From Azolla caroliniana (Eukaryota; Plantae; Polypodiophyta): a stretch of DNA of 64,000 nt. Positions 27,416 through 40,556 of this stretch are shown in pieces; within the stretch, counting starts at the first letter, position 1, and every line of letters starts with the position of its first letter. The stretch spans positions 19,716,001 through 19,780,000 of the forward strand of contig JBHGNT010000002.1 in NCBI GenBank assembly GCA_043228905.1, read 5' to 3'. The position numbers were made by a program, and so were the translations under genes. The notes under the pieces are model-generated. The model ran no database searches. It was given only the letters and a program-made list of their open reading frames with translations, and was not told the origin of the DNA.

Positions 27416-30400
27416 TCATATGGAGTAACTAATGCTCAACAAAGAAGAGGTCTTCTTCAACAACTGTCACGATATGACAAGACTCGAACCCATGACCTTA
27501 TGTTACATGGGTCGAGCTCTTGACCATTAGACTATATTTTGTAATACGAAAGATATTATTTTCATTTAAATTTTACTATAGAAAATTGATGTATATTCCA
27601 GATTTCTCTTAAACATTCTAGAAACTTCAGGAGTACTCCTGAGAACACTATAAAAGGAGGCACAATGCATTATTTCGAACCAAATCGGTTCAACGCCAGT
27701 CTTAAGCCTCCTAGCTACTATTGCATATTCTCTTAACATAATATATATGTTTTGTTATCATCATTCTCTCTCTCTCTCTCTCTCTCACTCACTCACTCTT
27801 TCCTTCTCTCGAGATTTCTACACCTCCCTTAGTACTAATCCTCATCTTTTAATACTAATTCCTTCTCTGTCTTAGTATTGTTCCTGACAGTTTGAACCGA
27901 TTTTGGTCTCCTTCCTTCTCTTCCTTTATCTTCTTACTTCTCCCTCCCTTTATACTAATCTCTTATTCCTCTTTTCTCTCATACTATGGCCACTGTTAGC
28001 GCTCACGAATATCAATCCGTTTTTTCGGAGTTGCAATGCTTGAAAGAGAAGTGTCTCGCGTTGGAACAAGAAAATCAACGACTATTGGGGGAGCTTCAAC
28101 AAATCTCCTTAGAGAAGCAGCAGGCGCAACAACAACATGGGGAACTAGCGTTACGCGTGCAACAGCTCGAAGCAACCATAGTCACGATGCAACAAGGACC
28201 CAATACGCAAGGGGTTCATAAAGAACCCAAGATCGGCCTTCCCATGAAATTCGATGGACCGCGATCGCAGTTTAGAGGATTCCTTAATCAGGTACAATTA
28301 GTCATTCAAATGCATCCTTCCCAATATCCCACCGATGCATCACGAGTGAATTTAGTAGGCACGTTGTTAAGTGGCTCAGCTTTGGCATGGTTCGCTCCGT
28401 TGTTAGAAAAGGAATTGCCTTTACTAAATAATTTTGAAGAGTTTTTAAGTGAGTTTAAAGCTTGTTTTGGAGATACTGACAGCATAAGGACAACAATGAA
28501 CAAAATCTGACGATTGCGTCAAGGTGATCGTCCAACCTCCGCATACGCTACAGATTTCTGCCTACTCGCCTCCGATATCCCCTAGGATGACCAAGCACTT
28601 ATGGAGCAATTTCGTTATGGTCTACGTAACGATGTCAAGGATTTACTCTTGACCTTCCCCGAAGAAGCAAAGTCATTGACAGAAGCAATCAGTCGTGCGG
28701 TGAGATGCGACAACTGTCTTTTCAAACGACGTTCGGAACGTCAGTTCCAGATGCCAAGGGCAAGATCAGAGCCCACCTACGCCTCAGTGGTAGCAAAACC
28801 TTTTCCAAGGGAGTCATATAATGCGTTTGTAGTGAATACTCCAACTTCGATGGAAATTGACACTACACGTCGTCGCGGACCATTATCAGAAGAAGAAAAT
28901 CAGCAACACCGAGCAAATCGACTATGCCTTTATTGCAGTGGTCCAGGGCATATTGTAGTGAACTGTCCCCATAGGCCAAGAAGATAGGTGAACCAAATAG
29001 TTGCTAGTTCTAATTGTACTAAACCCCAGTCTATTTCAGTAGGAATATCTAATAGTCCTAATAATACTAATAGCCCAAATCTATCGAACAAATTTGATGT
29101 CCTTAGTCAGCTAGAAGAAGAGTTAAACGACTAAGTCCAGCCAAAATAGGAACCGTTTGGTTGGACATCCCTAGATCTATGCAGCCCATTAGTGGTTCCA
29201 TTCCCTCTAAGCAAGTTAGCAATGTGTTCTTAGCCCAAGCAACAGTTAGTACTAAAAGTACCTCCCCAATACATGTCTCAGCACTCCTAGATTCTAGAGC
29301 TAATTCTTGCTTCATGGATAGGAATTTTGCCCAAGCTCATCAAATATCCCTAAGAAAACTCTCGTGTCCAACCTCTATAGTAGTCACTGATGGTCGTCCC
29401 ATTGCTTCCGGAAATATCATGGAAGAGTCAGAGCCCATTAATATTGTCCTAGATAATTTAGCTTGTGTAGTATCCTTTAATATAATTAGTATCCCAGAAC
29501 ATCCCATTGTTTTGGGATTACCATGGTTCAAATATCATAACCCAGACATAGATTGGAGAACAAGAGAAATCCGGTATCAACAAACTCGAGGATCTACTCA
29601 TAAGATTGCAACCATTTCGCTACATTAGTTGCGTGAGGAAGGACGCAAGGAAGAAATGTTTCTCTTTGCAGTATTAGTAAAACCCTCCAACACCACTAAA
29701 GAGGAGTCCATCATTCAACTTCCAGAGAAGTATCGTCATTATGCCGATGTGTTCGATAAAGTACAAGCCAATACACATCCTCACCATCGACCGTATGATT
29801 GCCCCATCGATTTACAACCGGGAAAAGAGCTACCATGGGGACCGATCTACAATTTGTTACCAACCGAGCTAGAAGTCCTTTGAGCTTATATAGAGGAGAA
29901 TTTGGCAAATGGTTTCATTCGACATTCGAAATCTCTAGTCGGCGCACCCATTTTCTTCGTCAAGAAAAAGGATGGATCACTTCGTCTCGTCGTAGATTAC
30001 CATGGCTTGAATAAGGTCACCATTAGGAATATGTACGCACTTCCCCTTATCTCAAGTCTTTTAGAACGGATCAATGCTTCAAGGTTCTTCACAAAGATCA
30101 ACTTAGAGCATATAACCTCGTACAGATCCGACCAGGAGATGAATGGAAGACTGCGTTTCACACTAGATATGGGCACTTCAAGTATACGGTCATGCCATTC
30201 GACCTTAGTAATGCGCCAATGGTCTTCCAGCATATGGCAAATGATATATTCCAAGATCTCTTGGAAGTTTGTTTGATCATCTATTTGGATGATGTACTGG
30301 TTTATTCGAAGACCCAAGAAGAGCATGATTCTCATGTATTGTTTGTACTAAAATGACTTCGAGAACATGGTCTTTATGCAAAGCTAGAAAAATGTAGTTT

Positions 30401-32754
30401 CGAGTGCAACTAGGTAGAATTTTTGGGCTATGTCATTTCCTCGGAAGGCATCTCCATGGATCCAAGTAAGGTCAAAATGGTGGTAGAGTGGCAGACTCTG
30501 TGTTCGTTGCGAGATGTGCAATGCTTTTTAGGCTTTGCCAATTTCTACCGCAAGTTTATACAGGATTACTCAAAGCTTGTTCTTCCTCTCACACAGCTCA
30601 CCAGGAAGGGACAATCGTTCATTAGGTCTGAAGAAGCATGTTGATCCGGAAAAACCATTCATCATCAAAGCAGACGCGTTGGGTAGCATTTTGTTACAAC
30701 AAGGCGATGATGAAAAGCTCCATCCTGTGGCTTTCCACTCACGCAAGTTTGATGCTGCCGAAATCAACTATGAAATTCATGATAAGGAGCTATTAGCAAT
30801 AGTGGACTCTTTTATGCAATGGAGGCATTTTCTAGAGGGATCTTCTCATCAAGTCACCGTATTCAGTGATCACAAAAACCTTGCCTACTTTTAGAATGCT
30901 CGTGTGTTAAATCGACGTCAAGCTCGGTGAGCCCAATTCCTCACTCATTTCAACTTCAAAATTACATATCGTCCGGGGAAGCAACAAGGGAAGGCGGATG
31001 CATTATCACGACGCTCGTATCTAGCACCGCGTCCTAGCGAGCCAGCTTTTGATAACCAAAAGCAAGTAATCCTAGGACTAGCATGACTGCAAGCAACACA
31101 GGTCTCCGGTGTTGATACCTTACATGAGGACTTGAAGACAGATGCTTTCGCCCAAGCCATTCTAGCACAAATTGATCCCTCTCGAGCAGCTTGTTCACAA
31201 TCGCAACAACCAAGTACGGACTATCGACAATTCGAATGTCATGATGGATTACTATTCTTTAAGAAACTCTTGTAAGTTCCTAACGGTTCTTATCGACTTT
31301 GAGTAGTCCAAAACTGTCATGACACATATACAACTGGGCATTTTGGTAGTACTAAAACATCTGATTTAGTACAACGATAATTCTGGTGCCCCATATGCGA
31401 CAATTTGTCGAAGATTTTGTTCGGACTTGTGATACATGTTGCAGAGCAAAAATGCCAAGGCATCATCCATATGGTTTATTAGAACCATTACCAATTCCAA
31501 GCAAGCCGTGGCAATCCATTGGTCTAGATTTCATCATAGATCTTCCGGTCTCTAAGGGATTCGATGCGATCTTAATAGTAGTAGATTGATATATGAAGAT
31601 GGCCCATTTCTTGCCATGTACTAAGGAAATCTCCAGTGAGGAAACCGCCGAAACTGTCATGCGTGAAGTATGTCGGCATCATGGCCTTCCCGATAGTATC
31701 ATCAGCGACCGTGGACCCCAGTTCGTCTCGAAATTCTAGAAGCACCTCTTTAAAATGCTCAAGGTCACTTGTAACCTCTCCTCCGGCTAGCACCCACAAA
31801 CAAACGGCCAAGCAAAACGAACAAATTAAATGTTGGAGCAGTATCTTCGGTGCTTTCTAAGCGATCATCAAGATGATTGGGAAGATATTCTCCACTTCGC
31901 CAAATTTGCGTATAATAACTTTGTCCACTCATCGACAAAGGTTACACCATTTTATACTTATACGGGTTGTCACCTCCGGTGGTGTGTATTTGAAACCCCA
32001 GAGTTACCCACAAATCCTTGCGTAGAGGATCGTTTAGAGCGGTTACACAAGATACAAGCGTATTTATCTACTCATCTATAACAAGCTCAACAAACACACA
32101 AGGTTTACACGGATCGTCATCGGCTTCCATCCAGTTTTAACATTGGAGATCGGGTATGGCTATTACGATGACACATCAAGACTACTCGCTCATGTGAGAA
32201 GTTGGATTATCGGCGATTAGGTCCTTTCCGTATTATCGGAAAAATTAATGATGTCGCTTTTCGTCTCGATCTACCTCCACAACTTCGGATACATCCGGTG
32301 TTTCATAGTTCTCTCCTCGAACCCTATCAAGATAGCACTATCCCAGGTCGTATTAAACAACCTTTAGAAAGTAGCGTGCGGAAGCAAGTATGAAGACCGA
32401 ACAGAAGGAAGAACGCTCATGTTTAATGGAGAGCTTGAGCTTACACAGTATACGCGAGAGAGACAGAGAGAGTGAGAGAGAGAAAAACACAAGAACTATA
32501 TTCAACACTCTATTCACCACTCTATACATATGCGTGTTCAATAAACACTTTTATACAAGTCCTAGAAGGACTGACCGAAGTACTGACAGTACTTCAATAC
32601 TCATTAAGAGCTCCTACACTAACTCCCAAATATATTCCTCACGGAATATCTTTCCTAACGGCCTCCCGGTTTACGCACTCGGCCTAACCGATCGGTCCCA
32701 ACCGATCCGGTCCTCAGCTTCTTCAGCCAATCCGGCTGATGTTGAGCTTGTCTC

Positions 32755-35700
32755 TCAACACTCCCCCTCAAGCTCAACTTGAGGCTCTTCGGGATCTTCG
32801 GGCTCACAGCTCCGGTTCCTCCTGGCTTCACGCCTCGCTCGCGCTCCACGACCTGTTTGACTCCGCGCGCTTTGACCCTTCCGGTTGGCTTGTCTGCTCA
32901 TGTGGCCCTTATTAGCTCTTCTAATGTTGTGGTGTTGACGCTTCTCCTGCTGCCTTTTCTTCCGCTTGGGCCTCGGTTGATTCAACGTATCTGAATCAAA
33001 CATCCGAACCGACTCGGCTACCTCCGATCGGTTTTCGCTCTCGTCCGAGTTGGCTGTCTCCAACTCGTCTTCGGTCTTCTCGCCCTCGATGGCGTCATCT
33101 TCCCCATGCATGGTTGGCTTCGGCTTTCTCCTTCGGCTGCTCCCCTTCTATCCACTTCCGGACTTTTCTGCGGGTCCGCCCTCGGCTTCTTCAACCGATC
33201 TGAAGTCGAACTCGACAACTGACTCGGTGTCACGGTCTCCGCTCCTTTCCTGCTGCCTTGCTTGGTCGTTCAGGACTGTTCTCCCCCTCAAGTTTGGCAC
33301 GTCGAGGTGACGCAACCTGAGCGCACCGGAGAATTGCCGCAACTTGTCCAGACCAAGAGGCTTGGTGAAGATGTCGGCAGTCTGCTGATCCGTCGGAACG
33401 TTGTCGTAGTGTATTCCACACACTACGTGAAAACCATAAAATAATATATCCGATTTTAGATACATATAAATAAATAAATAATATATCAAAATATTTATCA
33501 CGTGCATAAGGCAAGATTCAAACCCTATACCTCCACATAGCCAAACCTCAACTTTACCATTATGCTAACTTATCTTTAGTATTCTACAAATAGATTTAAT
33601 AACTATAAGTGCTTTATTTGCGCCTACCTTTATTAAAAGGTAAATCATGCATTTTTAGAGTGCGTGAATATTTTATAGAAAAACGCAAGCAACTAAAAAG
33701 TGACTCATGCACATCTAGCATGCATGAGCACTATATTTAGCAAATAAAAGCAAGGATTAGAAAAGCATCACATGCACATTTAGTGTGCATGAACATATTA
33801 GAAAAAATAAAACATGTAGCTATGCTTAGTCTCTCCCATCACTATATAAGGATGGGGAGCACATTGTAGTTTTTGTTGATTTTTTTTCTATAATGATCAA
33901 TCAATCTAAAATATTAGTGGGATTCATGAATTTGCTAAAATAATTCTCTCTTACTACCTGTATTTTTCTTCCTCCTAGTCCAAAACCTCGGCGGTTCCCA
34001 CCCGACTCACGCAATGATCCGGAGCCGAAAGGCACGACAACGTACTGAAGTTTGACTTCACCGGAAAGGACACGCTCATAGACGAAATGGTAATGCACCT
34101 CAATGTGCTTGGTCCGTGCGTGGAAAACGGGGTTTTTCGCGAGCTGGATGTTACTGAGGTTGTCGCAGTAGATCGTCGTCGGATCTGACACCTCCTCTTG
34201 CAGGTCCGTAAGTAACCGCTTCAACCATATGGCTTCGCATGTCGCAACAGCCGCTCCTCGGTACTCAGCTTCGGTGCTCGACAGTGCAACTGTTGGCTGC
34301 TTCTTACTGCTCCACGTGATCGCGGCACTCCCGAGGGAGAACGCGTATCTAGACGTGGATCGGCGATCGGCGGCGTTGCCAGCCGAATCAGCATCGGTGT
34401 AGAGGACTAACTGCGCGACTGCACCGGTCTGATATAGCAGTCCCCAGTCCTTAGTGCCGTTGACATACCGAAGTATGCGTCGCGCACACTGAAGGTGCTC
34501 CTCGGTAGGTCGCGCCATGAACTGACTGATCACCCCGACCGGATAACTGAGGTCGGGTCGGGTGATGGTCAAGTATATGAGGCTTCCGACAATTTGTCGG
34601 AACCTCGTCGGGTCGCATACCTTTCTCGTATCGGGACGAAGCTTGACGGTTCTGTCCAGAGGAGTCGAGATGGACTTACATTCGGCCATCCCAAATTTGA
34701 AGAGCATACTCAGCACGTAATGACGTTGGTTGATCAATATGCCTTCGGGGGTACGGATCACTTCGATCTTGAGGAAGTAATGAAGGTCCCCCAGATCCTT
34801 CATGTCGAACGATGCCACAAGCTGGAGCTTCACGCGGTCGATTTCACCTAGGTCGACGCCGGTGATGACCAAGTCATCAACATATAGTAAAATACTAACC
34901 GGTCCGAGTCGACCTTTCCGGATGAACAGGGAAGAGTCCGATTTTGACGTGACGAAGCCCGTCCGACGCAGTTGTTGCGTGATCTTCGCGTTCCAGGCAC
35001 GCGAGGCTTGCTTGAGTCCGTAAAGGGACTTCTTCAGTTGGCATATTGCCGAGGAGTTCATTCCAGAGTGAAATCCGGGGGGCTGTACCATGTACACCTG
35101 TTCCTCAAGGTCACCTTGCAGGAACGCATTCTTTACATCCATCTGATGTAAGTGCCACCCCTTCACCGCAGCTACTGCGAGCAAAACACAGACGGTCGTC
35201 ATTTTCGCGACCGCCGCAAACATCTCATCGTAGTCGATGCCGTGTTTCTACGCGTAGCCCTTTGCCACTAGTCGGGCCTTGTATCGGTTGACCGAGCCAT
35301 CAGTGTTGTACTTGACCTTGTACACCCACCTACACCCGATCGGTTTTACCCCTATTGGTGCGTCAACCAGGTCCCAGGTCTCATTCTCTGCCAATGCGTG
35401 CATCTCTTCCTCCATCGCGGCACGCCAATTCGCGTCTTTAGCCGCTTCTGCGTAGCTCTCCAGCTCACGCACTTCCGCTACACGGGTCATGTACGCATAA
35501 TGATGCGCCATGTACTCGTTGTATCCGAACCGCAAAACAGGATTCTTCTGGCGGGTAGATCGGCGTAATCTCACATTAGCCGATTTCGAGGCCTTCTCGG
35601 TCGACGCGGTCTTCATCTTTAAAGACCTATCACCGGTTCCCTCAGAGTCGGACTCGCGTCGGTCTAACTCGTTCTTATCCGTGCCGGAATCCGACACCTT

Positions 35701-38199
35701 CTTCTTCCCTTTCTCTTTGTGTGTAAGCCGTCTCCTCGGCTTCCTGTGCGGGGAATGCACGGCCGAGTCTCCACTACTCGCCGGCTCTTTATCGGACTGA
35801 TCGTACCGACCTAGTCGTCCAATCGGTCCACTTAAGCGGAGTGAAATCGGACTCTCTTCGCGGGTCTCGATTTCGGGCTCATCCGGAGGCATCGAACACG
35901 GATTGGAGTCGAGGTTCGGAGTCGGGGGCTGGTACCAGGACGCGGACTCGTCAACCACAACATCACGGCTAACACGCGCTTGTTTGGTGCGAGGGTTATA
36001 GCACTTATAACCCTTCTCTTCGTCCGAGTAACCGACCAAGATGCATTTCTCGGCCTTTGCGTCCAGCTTCCTCCTTTTCTCCTTCGGTACATGCACATAC
36101 GCAATGCTACCGAACACCCTCAAGTGTCGCAAGTTCGGCTTCGTTCCGAAATATAGCTCGTGCGTTGACACTTTGTCTCCGATCCGGTTTTGGATGTATA
36201 CCGCGGTCCTTACCGGCTCGGCCCAGTAGAACTTGGGCAAGCTCTTCTCCTCCAACATTGCCCGTGCCGCTTCCACAACTGACCGATTCTTCCTCTCGGC
36301 CACGCCGTTCTGCTCCGGCGTGTATCTACAACTGAATTCGCGGCGAATTCCCATTTGTTGTAGGTAACCGTTGAATTGACCGGAAAAGTACTCTTTCCCG
36401 CCATCTGACCGCAGGCACTTGATCTTTCGTCCCATTTCCGTTTCCACGAACCCTTTGAGGTCCCGGAAACAGTCGAAGACTTCGCTCTTCCTCTCAATGA
36501 GGTAGATCCATGTGTGCCGTGTGTGGTCGTCAATGAAGGAGACGAAATATCGGCTCCTGCCAAGACTAACGTTTTGTGCCGGCCCCCACACATCGGAGTG
36601 TATAAGGTCGAGCTTATTCCGGCTCCAGTTTCGCTCGTTGGGGAAAGGAAGTCGGTGTTGCTTCCCGAGTTGGCAGGCTTCACAAATTTGTGCCTTTCGG
36701 CCACTAAATTTGGGCAATCCGAATACTACCTGTTTCGATTGCAGATCTTGAAGCCGCTGGTAGTTGACGTGGCCTATCCGCTTATGCCACAAGTCGACGT
36801 CCGACTCGGTTTTTCTTCCCTTCGTGAACATTGCGGTGCCGCCGTCAGTGGAGTCGAGGATGAACATCCTCCCATCTCTGCGCCCTTGTGCAATCACACG
36901 GCCTTCTTCCTCAATGAAGCACCCAAGGTGTGTAAACCAAACCTCCATCCCTTGGTCGACGATCTGTCCGACCGAGACCAAGTTCTTCGTGATTGTCAGA
37001 ACGTGCAGCACGTTCATGAGTTTCCCTTTCCACCCGACATGGCTAAGGGGAACTTCTCGGACATTCGCGATCGGATGCGGAGTGTCGTCTCCTGTTGCGA
37101 CTACTCCAGGTTGTATCGGTTTTTCAAGGTACGAGAACCACTCCTTATGGCTCGTCATGTGGTTTGACGCGCCGGAGTCTACGTACCACACCTCGTCCGA
37201 TCTCGGGGTGGTCTGTTTCATTGAGTTTGCTTCGTGTCTCGTCACGAAGGGAGACCCTTCTCCGGCTCTCCCGGAGTCTTCGGCATAGTGCCATCGCTGC
37301 CGATTTCCCTTGTCGGTATGTCCGGAGCCGTTTCCGGAACCGGTTCTCTCCGAATCGGCGCACTTCTTCCAGCACTCACTTTCCTTGTGGCCTTTCTTGC
37401 CACAGTACCAGCACTCCGCGATGGCCTTCCCTTGCCGGTTCTCATCGCTTCGACTCCCCTTGTTTCCGGAGGGTCCGGAGTTGCTGTCTGCATCACTTCG
37501 GTGCCTTCTTCCTTGATCTCGTTGGCCGCCTCCATTGCGCGCCGACTCGCCTCGTCCTCCACGTCCACGGGGCCTATCTCCCTCCGTGTATAGCATTCTG
37601 CTGTCGGTGTGCGTGCTTGTAGATGCACCCGCGTGGTTCTCCTCTACCAGGAGCATTGACTGTAAGTCGAAAAAGGATGGCGTATTCTCCCGGGTACACA
37701 CAGCTGTTCGGAACGCTCTGAACTTCGACGCCAAACCTCCGAGACAGATCTGGACCATCTCGCTCTCCTCGATGTTCACCTCTATGGAGGCGAGGGAGTC
37801 GCAGATATCCTTGATCTTCGAGGTATAGTCCGCCACCGACAAGTCGCGTTGTCGTAGGTTGCTCAACTCCTATCAGAGCTGAAGCTTCCTGGCTGTGGTG
37901 CTCGCGGTGAAAATCTTCTTCAGATTTTCCCACGCGCCCTTCGGCTTCTTTGCATCCCGAACATAGCTCAATAGTTGTTCGCCCACACACGACGCAAAGC
38001 AGTATAATACCCTGCTCGCCGATTGCTCCCATGACGGGAAGTCTCTGTGTGTCGATTCGGGTGCCGCGTCATTAGCTCCTTCGATATAACTCCAGTAGCC
38101 GTGCCCGAGTAGGTACTGGTGCATCTTGTAGGACCAAGACGCGTAGTTGGTTCTGTCGAGCTTCTCTGTTGGAAGCGAGCTCGCCATGCCTCTATCCAT
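32755..38199 (-). pseudogene. C2 polyprotein with a C-terminal extension
   Basis: CWYCGKKGHKESEC, WYVDSGAS, LWHKRIGH, SDGGKEY, LYVDD and ADIFTK; a few in-frame stops; RNase H split by a solo LTR. Confidence 0.92.
33402..34039 (+). mobile_element. Solo LTR inserted in the C2 RNase H
   Basis: TGTCGT..ACGACA termini; perfect 4-bp TSD ACGT; removing it restores VKLQYVPTDQQTADIFTK. Confidence 0.95.
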
Positions 38200-39860
38200 C
38201 GTTCTTCTTCTTCTTCATCAAGCTGTGTCGACTGCAGAGAGGTTCTCAACCCTCGCGCTCTGATACCATGTAGAAAGTAGCGTGCGGAAGCAAGTATGAA
38301 GACCGAACAGAAGGAAGAACGCTCAGGTTTAATGGAGAGCTTGAGCTTACGCAGTATACGCGGGAGAGACAGAGAGAGTGAGAGAGAGAAAAACACAAGA
38401 ACTATATTCAACACTCTATTCATCACTCTATACATATGCGTGTTCAATGAACACTTTTATACAAGTCCTAGAAGGACTGACCGAAGTACTAACAGTACTT
38501 CAATACTCATTAAGAGCTCCTACACTAACTCCCAAATATATTCCTCACGGAATATCTTTCCTAATGGCCTCCTGGTTTACGCACTCGGCCTAACCGATCA
38601 GTCCCAACCGATCCGGTCCTCAGCTTCTTTAGCCGATCCGGCTGATGTTGAGCTTGTCTCTCAACACAACCTCCACCCCCGATCGAACTTGAAGATGAAC
38701 TTGAGTATGAGGTTGCTGCCATCCTCGATTCCAAGATTGTTCGCAACAAGCTCTACTATTTAGTCGATTGGCTAGGATATAATTCCAGCGAGCGTACTTG
38801 GGAACCAATAGAGAATGTGACCAATGCTCGTGCTCTTCTTGAAGACTTCCATCGTCAATATCCAGACAAACCGGGTCCTCAATCTAAAACGACTAGTGAT
38901 ACTCATCGTTTTAAAGGGGGGATAGTGTCATGATATAGCAAGACTCGAGCCCATGACCTTATGTTACTATTGGGAAATCGGTCCCTCCGGATGGGATCCA
39001 GTTATGAATGAAGAGGACCCGGTGAGAACCAGAAGAGAAGACATATTTGTAAATATGTTTTGAGTAAGCCTATTGAGGCTATATTTGTAAATAGCCCTAA
39101 GTTCATATAAGTATAAATATGACTTAGGGCAATCACTTATGTGTTATGTTGATGTTGTCATATTGTTGTATGTGTATACTATTGTAGAGAGAGACATAGA
39201 GCGATACTCTGTTGTAACCGCCGCTCAACGAAGAAATAGAGCTCGAGGTCGTTGCTTCCGAGTCTCTAATTGTACCTTTTCTTCATAGTGATAGTTTGGA
39301 GTCTGTGGGCTCCCGTCGTTTTTCCCTATTAGGGTTTTCCATGTAAACATCATGTGTACGTTTTCGTTGGCGCACGAGCATTCCTCTCTACTTCCCATTT
39401 CTGTATTTTTTTCATTCTGATTGAAGTGATTCAATACTCGGTTGTGGCCGAGCAATATTCCGCATTGTTCTCTTCAAACTAGTATCAGAGCGAACAACAT
39501 AGGAAATGGAAGAATAGTTCAGCGGCATGTTCAAGCTCACCCACTCCAACTACTTAGTGTGGAAGTCGAAGATGAGGGATATGCTGGTGGTTAAAGATCT
39601 TTGGTTGCCGGTTCAGTTCGGGGACAAGAGACCGGATAAGATCGACGCCACAGTGTGGGAGGTGATGCACATGAAGACGATGGCATACATTCGGTGCTTC
39701 ATCGACATGAGCCTGTACAACAACTTCAATGAAGAGAGCAAGGCTCATGAACTCTGGGAGAAGATCGGCATCATGTTCCAAAACAAGAATGCCATTAATC
39801 AAGTTTCGGTATTCCGGAAGCTAGTGAGGCGCCAGTACCAGGACGACTCCAGTATGGCGG

Positions 39861-40556
39861 TGTCATGACGTGGCTCGCCTAGAAGCGTAGTGTTGCACAG
39901 ACAAATGATAACGTGAAAGTGAGGAAGGAATCGCTAGGATTATGGACGGAAGAGACGAAAGAGTAGAGATGGAGTAAATAGAGATCAATAATATATTTGT
40001 CTCGCAAGGTAACCACCTTCCTCTTTCTTAATAGTAGACCATAGTCTTCCCTTAAATCTCTCGACAAGTATGAGACTCGAACCACCGCCCTTTCGTTGCG
40101 AGTTGAGGACCACAACCACCAAACTAGTTCTTCTCTTCTCTTGGTAATACTTTCTCTTTCTCTTTCTCTATTATAATATATCTTTCTCTAGATCCAATAT
40201 AATTGTCTCAATCTTATTTCTTGGGTCCTTTTGTCTATACTTTCTTCTCCTTTTATAGGGAAGAGATGGTTCTACATGTGGGCCATGTGGCGCACATGCA
40301 GAGAGGCTCTTGCATGTGTGCAATATGGTGCACATGTAGCACGTTTGATGGTTTAAACCATATAATACTACTTCAAATGAAAACAAAACAGATATTTATA
40401 CACATTGTAAGTATAGGCTAAATTGTAAGGTTTGAACACCATAAGGTTGAGGTTGTTGGTTCAAGTCCTTTTTTGCCCTTGTAATTTGCTATATGGTGTG
40501 CATGTATTATATTACATGGTTTAGACTATAAAATACTACTTCAAATCATATATTAT
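39861..40556 (-). mobile_element. Truncated gypsy-type LTR in the C3 gag, with an adjacent deletion
   Basis: Begins TGTCATGACGTGG; reverse TATA at 40251; CATG-rich block and A/B-box module like the LARD LTR; C3 gag resumes at ~40557 with ~110 codons missing. Confidence 0.65.

Larger units (their letters stand above)
32363..38666 (-). mobile_element. Ty1/copia LTR retrotransposon C2, nested in the G2 integrase
   Basis: LTRs 32363-32760 and 38269-38666; TSD CAACC; PBS TGGTATCAGAGC at 38257-38268; PPT TTGAGGGGGAG. Confidence 0.96.
27986..38925 (+). pseudogene. G2 gag and pol (heavily mutated; chromodomain at 38670-38925, after the copia insertion)
   Basis: [54 protein letters not shown] and LGPF; many CAG>TAG and CGA>TGA stops. 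Confidence 0.9.

Noticed and set aside
36514-37622. Long antisense ORFs over copia/gypsy pol (also 42115-42732, 45815-46447, 47531-48151)
   Set aside because: Shadow frames of GC-rich retroelement coding sequence with no recognisable motifs
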